From assembly GCF_001194135.2 (NCBI RefSeq), contig NC_068984.1:116978129-117042128 (forward strand): DNA of 64,000 nucleotides, written 5' to 3'. Below are positions 28,448-40,386 of this stretch, one piece after another. The notes below the pieces were generated by a model. It was not told where the DNA came from, did no database searches, and saw only the letters and a list, made by a program, of their open reading frames with translations. The translations under genes and the position numbers were made by a program. Source of the DNA: Octopus bimaculoides. Its lineage: Eukaryota. How positions within the stretch are numbered: position 1 is the stretch's first letter; each line of letters opens with the position of its first letter.

Positions 28448-28669
28448 CCCTTTTGTTACCATATTTCTGTTGAGATACTCTGTGTTTCTTTCAATTAATT
28501 TAAAATATAACAAAGAATTTAGTAAAATAACTTAGTTATCATTAAGCTCGTGTTAGGAACAGAAATTGTGACTCAGGTTTGGGGGAAGATTTTAATTCAG
28601 AACTTCTGAAAACAAGACATTTGTACTGCAGAGCCAGAGCCGCTTTCAGGCGGGCTGGTATCAAAAGGG
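28448..28669. mobile_element. piggyBac-type MITE
   Basis: CCCTTTTGTTACC...TCAAAAGGG followed by TTAA (left flank TTGA); reverse-orientation homolog of 48047-48267. Confidence 0.8.
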
Positions 28670-29747
28670 TTAAAACTTTATGAGTATGTACTTGTATTTG
28701 ACTAGAGACTTTGTTTGACACTTAAGTGATGATGTAACACCATGGATGAGAAAAAGGAAAGAGGTAGCTCCTTTATGTAGAAAGACAAAGCAAAACTTGA
28801 AGTAAGCAATTACAGCCCTGCTATCACATTTATCTCTGAGACTGAAATAATGTTTATTTATAAACAGTGAGGTGTACTTGTGGAAATAGAATAAATATTT
28901 ATTGAAGACAAGAAATGGTAATGAAGGAGATAATGAACAGACGACTTGTTCTGCATATATTAACAAAATGATATTTCAGAGCATAACCGATATGAAGTAT
29001 CTGTGAGATGATGGGATGGTAAAAGAAAGTGAAGGATTTAAATGTACCTCCACCAGTTTTGAGATGATTATTCAGTTGTTCAATCAATTAAACTACTTAC
29101 TTAATGAATTAGCATGCAAGTAGCTGAGTATTCCACAGTGCTCTTAATGTAATCCTTGGCCAGATTCAGCATGGTACAGTGTATGACAACGCTCGACATT
29201 AGAATTACAGATACAATCCATCTGATTGGCTTCTAGAACAGTTATTCTGTACCCAACTTCATTCACGGTGCTGGGGTTTACCGAAAGCTACAGTAAATGA
29301 CTCTTGCCAAAAGTGCTATGTATTGGAATTGAAGTCTGAACATCATGATAGTGAAGTAAAAAATTTTAATCATATGACCATACTGCATCCACATAATAAA
29401 ATAGAGACAGACCTCTTAACTAAATCCTGATGTGACCCCCCCCCCCTTTTTTTTCCACATTCTTGATTGCCTTGAAAATATTTGGAATTTATGATGGTGG
29501 TTCTTATGTCAAGTTTACATGTCAGAAGTTACAAGATGAAATAAGAACTGTTTTTCCAAAAAGATTAATTATTTCTACTCCTAATTATTATTGCTTTGAT
29601 TACCCTGTCTTACATTCCTCTGCTTTCTCATAGTATATGCATGCATTTGTGTAAGTGTGTGTGTATATATTATATATACATACATGCACACACACATATA
29701 CACATGCATATATATGTAGATATATATATATATATATATGTATAGGT

Positions 29748-30140
29748 GCAGGAGTGGCTGTGTAGTAAGTAGCTTGCTTACCAACCACATGGTTCTGGGT
29801 TCAGTCCCACTGTGTGGCACCTTGGGCAAGTGTCTTGTGCTATATCCTTGGGCCAACCAAAGCCTTGTGAGTGGATTTGGTTGACGGAAACTGGAAGAAG
29901 CCCATCATATATATGTGCGTGTGTGTGTGTTTGTGTGTCTGTGTTTGTCCCCCCTCCCACCGTTACTTGACAACCAATGTTGGTGTGTCTACCTCCTTGT
30001 AACTTAGCGGTTCAGCAAAAGAGACTGATAGAATATATACTAGGCTTGCAACGAATAAGTTCCAGGGTCAATTTGTTCGACTAAAGGTGGTGTTCCAGCA
30101 TGACCACAGTCAAATGGCTGAAACAAGTAAAGAAGTAAAG
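29748..30140 (+). mobile_element. SINE family A, full length
   Basis: Colinear with 61551-61944. Confidence 0.88.
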
Positions 30141-30154
30141 GAATTCAATCCAGC

Positions 30155-30900
30155 CATAAGTAATGAAAGAATTTACCATCAAATTTTCATGGACGACCTT
30201 GAACTTTGCTCCAAACTTGAGAAGTAGCTGCATTCTTCGGTACAGCATGTAAGAATTTTCAGTTGAGATGCTGGAATGATAAGTGTGTCATACTCGTAAG
30301 GAAAAGATGCTGAAGTTTGCCAAATAGCAAGGTAATAAGATCATCTAAGAATGATGAAAGATATAAAATATTTGGGTGTGTTGCAGGATGATGAGGTAAA
30401 ACAGAAGGAAATGAAATGCTAAGTCATAGAATAAATGTAAGAGGGATGGCAAGAGAGACCTTAGAACCAAAACAAGATGGAACGAATGTTATTAATGAGA
30501 TCAGTGCATGAGGAATACTTGTGTTACTAGTGTTGTTTATAATATAGTCTTTGTTCATTGAATAACAAATGAACTTGATGGAACAGATAATAATAATAGT
30601 ATGCAATGTGTTTGTGTTATTACATCTGTGAAACAGTGCTGATAGACATGTATTATATATATATATACAACAAAAACAAGGAAGAAGTGGAATATTCTGT
30701 ATAACTAATACAATACAGTTGGCTTTTCTAGAACTCAAGATATTAGAAGCTTAGGAAGATCAATAATGTACATAGAAGAAAAGGATTATGAACAAAATAA
30801 GAGAGAGAGAAATTGAAAATGGAAATAAAGTGTTAGCTTTTAGAAGAATATCCACAAGACAGCAGGTTAAAGTTGATGTTGGACTTAAGGTTTGAATAGT
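30155..30900 (+). pseudogene. Decayed non-LTR retrotransposon RT fragment, R4/Dong-like
   Basis: HQIFMDDLELCSKLEK*LHSSVQHVRIFS*DAGM, then KYLGVLQDDEVKQKEMK; resembles the HLLFMDDLKL...VRIFSxDIGM...YKYLG segment of R4-clade RTs. Confidence 0.7.
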
Positions 30901-31225
30901 GAATTGCTAAAACTGTCCTCTTTTATTCTTCAAGAATCTTTTGCAAAGTCCTTGAAAGTTGAAGAGACTTGTTTTGTTGCTACTTGAGGCATTGACAAAA
31001 TCAATGTTGAATTATGTTGTAGTAAACTATTTTTCATGTAGGAAGTGAAAATGAAAATGTCTTTCACAGAAAAAGCACTTGGTTAGGTACACAGAATTGT
31101 TAGGAAGACAAAACATGTTATCAGTATTATTTAGTTAAAACCTACGTTCTGGTTCAAATTCTGCAGTGATCAACTTAGATTTGTATTCTTCCAGGGGTTA
31201 ATATCCAGTGCTGGAGTTGGTTAAA

Positions 31226-31362
31226 TACTAGTTTGAGGAAAAAGTTTGTGCACCATGAGTCACTATTGAACATGACACGAACTGAATGAACACACATACC
31301 ACAAATATATATAAAAAAGGATTATTTTAACACAGCGCACAAACTTTTTCCTCAACCTAATA
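31226..31362. mobile_element. Tiny mariner-type (MADE-like) MITE
   Basis: TIRs GTTTGAGGAAAAAGTTTGTGC and GCACAAACTTTTTCCTCAACCTAATA around a short spacer. Confidence 0.75.
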
Positions 31363-33018
31363 TTATATAAAGCATACAAGATAAGAGTAGAATTATAATA
31401 AATAAGCACTTACTGTCAAATAATTCTTGCAGAATATGTCTTCAAGCTAAGAGGCCTATATATTACAAATATATTGGCCTTTGTCTGTATATATTTGTAC
31501 AAACTTGCCCATGCATGTAGATATGTGCGCTGCCTTTTATCTGTCACATTAGATGTCAAGTAATGGGAAAATATTTTATAAAGTTTTTTTGATTTAGGAC
31601 AATATAAATAGTTCTTTCTTACATAATGTCCAAGATTGTTTTATATAAGTGGAAGTAATGAAATGAATGTAAATTACCCCTTGTCTAGAAAGACACTTGG
31701 CTATTCTCCAGAAATAATTGGAAGCAATTAACATACTTTATTATTAATAGTATGATATAAACTAACCCAGAGGCCTAAGTGTTGGTGAAACAATGCTACT
31801 ACAAATAATTCTTTTCTGATTTACACACAAGATCGGCTAATTTGTGGGGAGGATATTTAGTCAATACCACCAACCCTAGTACTTGACTGGTACTGTATTT
31901 TATCAACCCAGAAAGGGTTGATAAAACGTTAGAAACGGAACAAACACAACAAAGTGTTTTTTTACCAATGCTCTAATGATTCTGTTGAATGAAATAATAT
32001 ACAAGTGTAATGTGTTGGTGTATATAACATGCACAAGTGTAGGTTGTTGTTTTTTTAGCCCCAGGTCAATCCTAACTGAGTAGCTCGATGAGCAAAGGCA
32101 TTTCAGCCATAATCATACTATCATCATCGTTTAACGTCTGCTTTCCATGCTAGCATGAGTTGGATGATTTGACTGAACACTGGTGAGCCAGATGGCTACA
32201 CCAGGCTCCAATCTGATTTGGCAAAGTTTCTACGGCTGGATGCCCTTCCTAACGCCAACCACTCCGAGAGTGTAGGAAGGGCATCTATCTTTTATTGAAA
32301 CAGTAACATGTGATTTTGGGGAAATTTGGGTCCTATTTGTAGGAGATTGAATGATAGAATGACCCCCATGTTTGTTTGAGGGACTCCCTTGCTGGTTTGA
32401 GGGATTTCTTTGTTGGCTTAAGGGGCTTCTTTTTCAATTCCAAGTATTTTTATAACTGTCAACAGTTAAATTTAATCATCATCATCATTGTTTTACATCC
32501 ACATTTTTTTAATTGAAACTGCTATCTTGCAATCGTGAATGTGACACTCTTATCACTTGGCCATTGCACCTTCACACACACACAATCTCGCTCTCTCTCT
32601 CTCTCTCACATACACACACAGATAAGATAAGATAAGATTCGCATTTTGCCACTTTTCCTTCTGAAATGAAAATACCATGCGTACACATACTAATGTATCC
32701 TGTTTACGTGGTGATAATAATTTCTACTTGTTTGGTGTGTATTATTATATCGGTGTACACCCATCTGCTTGATACACATTATTACATGAATCAATCGTTG
32801 AAAGTTTGAAACAGCTGTAAAGATATATCTAGGACTATATTCTTTCTTTGCCAAATATATTTATAGTTGCATTAATGTAATGTCTTTTATGATATATTGT
32901 CAGCATTTATTCCTTCATAGATACATACTCACACACATACAGACATGCAATATTCTATTTTATTGTATATATATATATATAAATATATATCTAATTTTCT
33001 GGGTTTTTTTCTTTGCAG

Positions 33019-33207
33019 GTTGGTGGAGTTTTGTTTGTTGCTTTATCAACATGGCTGTTGATAGATAAAAACAAGCTGGTCCGAAATTGGATGGAATTTT
33101 TCTTGGATCCAGTTTCGCTGATTTGCTTATCTGGTGGCATTGTTGTGTTTGTAGCGTTCTTTGGATGTATGGGATCATTGCGAGAAAAGACCTGTTTCCT
33201 TCATGTG
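33019..33207 (+). CDS. Tetraspanin exon: TM1 C-half, small extracellular loop, TM2 (VGGVLFVALSTW...GCMGSLREKTCFLHV)
   Basis: Acceptor tttttttctttgcag ends 33018; donor GTG|gtaagt at 33208; 189 nt, phase 0/0; typical GCxGxxRE motif. Confidence 0.93.
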
Positions 33208-33378
33208 GTAAGTACCTTCGTTGCTCACTCCTTATGGAAGTTAATGTTTCAGTTAGACTGTACTGTTTCACCCACTGTTGAGACACCACCGACTCCTGCA
33301 TTTGGAGATGGAGTAAAACATCACCCTCAGTATTCAAGTATTTACTCAAAATATCTCTGTACTTGTATGTGCATATGT

Positions 33379-33626
33379 CTAGTAAGTTCACTGTAAGAAA
33401 AGTTCACTGTTATCAATTCATTGCAGGGAAAGTTCACTGTTATCAGTTCACCACAGGGAAAGTTCACCATCTTCAATTCACTGTTTTTCCTTTTTTTCAA
33501 TAAGATAGTTTTTAACTATTAATGGTGAGATACTATGAATACATTTTCTTGGTAAACTTTCCTCGTAGTGAACTTTCCTAATGGTGAACTTTCTTCATGG
33601 TGAATTGATGGCTGTGAACTTACCTG
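33379..33626. mobile_element. Foldback-like element with sub-repeated imperfect inverted arms
   Basis: Left arm repeats (G)AAAGTTCAC; right arm repeats GTGAACTTT; termini CTAGTAAGTTCAC / GTGAACTTACCTG. Confidence 0.6.
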
Positions 33627-34714
33627 TAATTGTGTGTGTGTGAATTCACATCAAAAATAATCTGCTACTAAGAATCATATAAACCAGTACAAATCAGTAA
33701 CTAAACTAGAAACTTTGCTCTAGGGTCTTATGCTGGTGAGTAGAGTGTGACTGGACACCCTTTCAGAGCAATAAAATACCTACATGTTTCCTCTGAGGGT
33801 GCTCTTTACTGAATGTCTAATGAAATCTGTACAAATTTTGAGCCAATTTTTCGTGATATATCATCATATTCATCAGAAAGTGTCCATATTCTATGCTGAC
33901 ATGGGTTGGACAGTTTAACAAGCTGAAGAACAGCATTGTGCTCTTATTTCTGCTTTAGCATGGTTTCTGTGGCTGGATGCTCATCCTCATGCCAACCACT
34001 TTACAGTATGTACAGGTTGCTTTTTTCCTATTTTTCTTTTTTGTGCCACTTGCACTGGTGAGGTAATTATGCAGCTTGCATGACTACAAGCCCCAAGGGA
34101 ATCAGCTTTATGCTAGGCAATAAGGAGAAGGGTAAAGTATAGGAGAAAAAAAGAGCCGAGCAGAGCAGAACAGGTTTCTTGTGGAGGAGTTACATGACCA
34201 CTCACATTTTAGAAGTGAGGGTAAGAGTGATTGGATGGAGCTAGAAAGATACGGAAAAAAAAAAAAAAGCGATGATGTCAGGGAATACCTTCAAATTGGG
34301 CAGTGGGGGGTCATGGGTGAGTGGGGGAGTAGATGATGCCTGATTGTGCAGAGCAGCAGAATAGTAATGATGATACAGTAAAGAGAGAGTGAGAGAAAGA
34401 GAGAGATGACATGCTGTCGGGTAGGTTGTAGGAGTGAATGGGGAAGAGAGAGAGGCAGGCATAGTGCATGGGGAGGGTGAGACCTATGATGGTGGGAGAG
34501 GAGAGGTGATTTGGTGGCACAGTGGGGGTCAGGTGATCAATGAAAGTGTGGGTGGAGAGAATAGTATTAATGGATGAAGGATGGTTAACAAATGAAATGG
34601 TTCTAGATAGTAGGCAAAATGGTATCAAGGAAGAACTGCAGTTTGGAAGGTGATGCTTTGAGATGTCTTGAAGAAGAAGGAAATCCGGTGAAGGGCCCAG
34701 CTGTATATATATAT

Positions 34715-34741
34715 ACACACACACACACACACGCACGCACG

Positions 34742-34827
<86 letters not shown>
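34715..34827. repeat. (CA)n microsatellite with CGCA interruption
   Basis: Near-pure run. Confidence 0.95.
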
Positions 34828-34830
<3 letters not shown>

Positions 34831-35399
34831 CTCTATCAGCACTCAGTTTCACCAAGGTGGGTGGGTTTTCTTGAGGGCAATATATTGCCAGTCATCCTTG
34901 TTAAGCATGTATCTCCTCTACAGCAACACACTTGTTTCTGCCCTCATTCCTGATCTCTGTCTCTCTCTCTCTGATGGGGTAATGCTACACCTCTCTTTTA
35001 CAGCAAGGTACCTGTTTCTGTCTCTCTGTCACATTATCACCTTCCATCATCTGGCACACAATCACCTCTTCCAATACCCCTCTCAAAGTTACTTTGATGA
35101 TCCTGCTAGTGTTGGTGCCACGTAAAAAGCATCCAGTCCACACTGTAAAGTGGTTGGCATTTGGAAGTGCATCCAGCTGTAAAAAACCATGCTAAAACTG
35201 ACCTTATCTGTGCTAGTACCACATAAAAAGTACTTGGTCCACTCTGCAGGGTGGTTGGTGCTAGGAAGGGCATCTGGCCATAAAAACCATGTCAAAACAG
35301 ACACTGAAGCCTGGTACAGTCTTCTGCCTGGCCAGCTCCTGTCAAACCATCCAATCCATGCATGGAAAGCGGGCATTAAATGATGATGATGATGACAAT

Positions 35400-35680
35400 A
35401 ATGATCTTGGTCCTTTGTTATCTCCTCTGTAAGGTTCAAGGTCTTGAGATTAGCCTTCACCACTTCATTTCATGCCTTCCTTGGTTTTCCTCTTGTGCAA
35501 GCTCCATCCACATTCAGTGATTACGTAGCTGTTCTCATCCTTATCCATTATGTGTCAATACCAGTGCAGTCTTCTTTCTTGCACACTACATTCTGGTTCC
35601 TCCTATGCCCAGCTTTTCACTCAGTATCTTTGTACTAAGACTTCCATGCATGCTCACTTTGCACATCCAATGGAGTATAC
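35400..35680 (-). mobile_element. RTE-type LINE 3' ORF remnant
   Basis: Minus strand gives MCKVSMH...LSEKLGI...VVKANLKTLNLTEEITKD, typical of the RTE post-RT region. Confidence 0.65.
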
Positions 35681-36269
35681 TTGCTTTGTTTCTTTCCAGT
35701 TTTCTCAAGTCCTCTGCATTCAAGATACATGTCCCACTGCCATGCAGAAATGCAGTTCTAAAAGGAAAAGTTCTTTGTTGTCAGCAGCGGTTGTAGCTCT
35801 CTGAACTTTCTCCACCCCATTCTTATTCCAGCTACTACACTTTCAGAGCAACCACCTCTCTTGCTAATTACACCTTCTAACAAAAGCTATCAATTACTTC
35901 TAAGTGAACCATTCGAGTGTTTAAGAGAAACTATTTCTGTGCGCTCCAAGTATGTACTGGTCCAGTGCCTCTATCACACACGAAGCTTACATTTGTAGAC
36001 AGTCTGCCTGTGACTCCACTATATTCCTTTGTATGTCCATATCTTATACTGGATACAGTATATGGAGTTCATACCTACTCTGTTTCTACATATTGAACTA
36101 GACTACTTTCTAGAAGATACCAGGATCTTTGCTACATTTATCTTAAAATCCTCTCAGTTCTCGCTTCCATACCAGGAATTTCTTCTCTAATTCTTCTGCA
36201 GATCTAACTTTGAATTCTTGAACATTAGCAGGCTATTATTTCCGTGTGTGTGATCCTCATAAGTTTTAT

Positions 36270-36800
36270 GTTCTTTTTCCCATGCTTGCATCAGTTGGAT
36301 GGGTCCTTTGTAACACACTGGCTCTTTGTCATCTCCTTTGTGAAGTTCAACATCCTGAGGTCAGCTTTCACCAATTCTGTCCGTACATTTCTTGGTCTTT
36401 CTCTTCCACAGTTTCCTTCCATTTGGATCCTCCGACACTCTCTACTCGTCTTTCATCATCCATATACATTACATATCCCTATCAACACATTCATTTCTCA
36501 TGCACACTAACATCACACACCCGGCAGAGCATGCCCACCTCATTTCCTTCCAGTCTTTGTATATCATCTATATTCAGCACCCCTGTATCTTACCACCATA
36601 CAACATTGCACTTCATACACAAACAACATACAATCTACTCTTCACATCAAGGGAGAATTCCCTTGTTGCCAGCAGAAGAAATAAGCTCCCTGAACGTTTT
36701 TACCCTTGTTCTTACTCTGGCTACTATAATTTTAAAGTACCCTCCTAGCTCATTAGGTTGCCAAGGTAACCAGAAATCATTAGCTACTTCTATACACTAG
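36270..36800 (-). mobile_element. RTE-type LINE 3' remnant with 3' UTR
   Basis: Minus strand gives IVARVR, RLEGNEVGMLCRVCDVSVH and GYVMYMDDE; ends in a CATGCAAGCATGGGAAAA tail similar to the family D tail. Confidence 0.7.
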
Positions 36801-36996
36801 CATAGCAGGAGGAGTGGGGCACTTTTCATCCTGTTGTAGGCTATTGCTGTAGGCAATATGTGTTTTTTTTTGTTTTTTTTTTTGTGTGACGTCCGGGAGT
36901 GGCAAACAGAAGGGCTGCCCCGGGCAGCACACTTTCTAGCTACACTAGTGCTTTTATGGAGCCTCCAAGAATTAAATAGAACTTTACTAGTACTCT

Positions 36997-37325
36997 GACT
37001 CTTTACCCTTTTACTTGTTTCAGTCATTTGACTGTGGCCATGCTGGAGCACCGCCTTTAGCCGAGCAAATCGACCCCAGGACTTATTCTTTGTAAGCCTA
37101 GTACTTATTCTATCGGCCCCTTTTGCCGAACCGCTAAGTTACGGGGACATAAACACACCAGCATCGGTTGTCAAGCGATGTTGGAGGGACAAACACAGAC
37201 ACACACACACGCACACACACACACACNNNNNNNNNNNNNNNNNNNNNNNNNGGACATAAACACACCAGCATCGGTTGTCAAGCGATGTTGGAGGGACAAA
37301 CACAGACACACACACACGCACACAC

Positions 37326-37366
<41 letters not shown>

Positions 37367-37540
37367 CATACATATATACGATGGGCTTCTTTCAGTTTCC
37401 GTCTACCAAATCCACTCACAAAGCTTTGGTTGGCCAGAGTCTATAGTAGAAGACACTTGCCCAAGGTGCCACACAGTGGGACTGAACCCGGAACTATGTG
37501 GTTCGTAAGCAAGCTACTTACCACACAGCCACTCCTACGC
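36997..37540 (-). mobile_element. SINE family A, full length (spans a gap)
   Basis: Reverse complement of the 61551 copy. Confidence 0.88.
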
Positions 37541-38576
37541 CTATTAACTATTCTTAATAATTGCTGGTAGGGACACCATATTTCGTTATGCAAGTATAAT
37601 ATTTTACCAAGTATATTCAAGGCTTATCAGTCTATACTATTTAATCACTTTTGAAAGTTATGCCTACGCATTGTTTACATAGACATATTCATATACAAGA
37701 CAACATAACTTTCAATGCTGGCTTTAGTTTCTTAGAGAAAACCTGTTGAAATAACTTTAAAAAGTGGTTAATTATTTTTGTATATTTGCCTCACACAAAG
37801 TCTTTATTCACTGTCAGCCTGCCTGTGATCCCAGTATACATTCTGTGTACCTGAAGTCCCTCTCTACTCCTTTCCGGCATATTGAGTACAACCATTTCCC
37901 TGATGGCAGCATAGTCCTTTCCGCTTTCCTACACTTCCTAAAACTTTAAGTCTTTGCCAAGTTTACTGCGAGGCCTCTTGAGTTTAGCTTTGTTTCCACA
38001 TCTGGAATTTTTCTATAAACTCTGCTGTGTGGACTAAGTCTATCAGTATTCAGGAGTTCCCATGGACAGCTGATCTTAAACTAATCTGTTATGTTATTTA
38101 CAATATTTACATTATTTCTGTATTCTCTGTTTTGTTTATTTATTTATAGACACACACAGAGGTGTGTGTGTGTGTATAAAAACTCATTTTTTTACACCAG
38201 TTCCTTTTGGTGTCAGAATGGGCTACATTGGAATAAGCAAACTAAAATTGCTGATGATGAAACAGACACACACACACACACACACACACCATTTAGGAAT
38301 TATTTGTTACATATATCTTAAGTTTAGCAAAAACAAGCATAAATATAAATAGATTTCCACTTGACAGGATAGGTTTATGTTCCCAATACTTTGAATAGTC
38401 ATGTGTACACTCACAAAATCAGTTTTTCCCAGTTCATTGTTTCAATGAAAATATGTGTGGGATTGCTCCAGCTTTGGTATTTTACAACAAAACCACATAG
38501 TTGAGTATATTAATGTCATATTTAAATATATTGATTTATATCATTTACATCCTGAACATTTGGGTGTGACTCTCTC

Positions 38577-38613
<37 letters not shown>

Positions 38614-38975
38614 CATCATCATCATCATCATCGTTTAACGTCCGCTTTCCATGCTAGCATGGGTTGGACGATTTGACTGAGGACTAGTGAACCAGATGGC
38701 TACACCAGGCTCCAATCTGATTTGACAGAGTTTCTACAGCTGGATGCCCTTCCTAACGCCAACCACTCTGAGAGTGTTAGTGGGTGCTTTTATGTGCCAC
38801 CGGCACGAGGGCCAGTCAGGCGGTACTGGCAACGGCTACGCTCAAAATGGTGTATTTTACGTGCCACCTGCACAGGAGCCAGTCCAGCAGCACTGGCAAT
38901 GATCTCGCTTAAATCTCTTACATGTATCACCAGCACAAGTGCCAGGAAGGTGACGCTGGGCACAGGTGCCATATA

Positions 38976-39011
<36 letters not shown>

Positions 39012-39764
39012 CATANNNNNNNNNNNNNNNNNNNNNNNNNNNNNNNNNNNNNNNNNNNNNNNNNNNNNNNNNNNNNTATATATATATATATATATGTGTA
39101 TATATATACACACACACACATATATAATTATATTATATACACACAAACATAGCATGTGTCAAAAGGACTAAAATAAATTTAACTAGTCGAAAGCCTTAGT
39201 TCTAGGAAATTATAAATATGTAAACATCTGTTTCTCTGCTTTTGATGTGACAGAAAAATGTAGCAGAAATGCTTGATTCATAATTCTGTAGATTCTTGAA
39301 AATTTTGAAAATTCCAAAGAACTTAATAAAATAACTTTGTAGTTTTCAAGCTGGCATCAAGAATATAATTTAATGTGATAGTTTGATGGAGATTCAGGAA
39401 GTCTCTATCACAGGACCAACCAGGCTGCTATTTTGCAGGCTGGAATCCAGTTTTGTGCAGCTGAAAGAACGAACTTCAGCTAAGTTCTTTCATTATAGAC
39501 TTACATTAGATAAGATTCTTGTGGTTTATTTCCTTCTTGGTGGTTTTATTAGTGCTGCATTGGTTATAGTTACCAAAGTTAGAGGGTGGAAGAAGTTGAG
39601 GAAGCTGATACCTCTTCTAGGAACAAGCTTTCTCTTTTCTATACACATGCTCACACACAAACATACACTCTGTCTCGTTCTTATATTCACACACACATTC
39701 TGTATCTTATACACATGCTCACATACTTACACACACACACACATACACACACTGTCTCTTTCTT

Positions 39765-39805
<41 letters not shown>

Positions 39806-40355
39806 CTCACTTATACACATGCTCACACACACACCAATATGAAGTATCTTTTATCTTTTATTTGCTTCAATCATTTCAGTGCAGCCATGCTGGGGTTATA
39901 CCTTGAAGGGTTGAACAAACACTCCCCACTTACCGTACTTATTTTAAAGTCTAGTGCTTAATCTATTTGCTTCTTACTCTATACTACTAAGTTATGAAGA
40001 CGTAAACAAACCAACACTGGTTGTCAAGGAGTGGACACACACACACGTGGTTTTCCACATAGTTTCCACCTACCAAATTCACTTCGGATGGCAACACCAG
40101 GCTCCAATCTAATTTGTAGAAACTCTGCCAAATTAGATTGGAGCCTGGTGTTGCCATCCGGTTTCACCAGTCCTCAGTCAAATCGTCCAACCCATGCTAG
40201 CATGGAAAGCGGACGTTAAACGATGATGATGATGATGATGAAGGTGAATTATCTTCTACTATAGTGTTGGCCCAGCGCTATAATAGAAGATGCTTACTCT
40301 GGGTGTCTCACAGAGTAAGCATCATTTACATCCTGAACATTTGGGTGTGACTCTC

Positions 40356-40386
<31 letters not shown>

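Noticed and set aside
32666-32885. Hydrophobic frames just upstream of the 33019 exon (MKIPCVHILMYP...; KYIYSCIN) as first exon
   Set aside because: Poor match to the tetraspanin N-terminus, weak donors or no start codon; AT-rich DNA yields hydrophobic frames by chance.
32960-33391. 143-aa minus-strand ORF
   Set aside because: Antisense shadow of the tetraspanin exon; no recognisable product.
39383-39961. 192-aa ORF, the longest in the track
   Set aside because: The second half is CA microsatellite and SINE; no domain or splice support.
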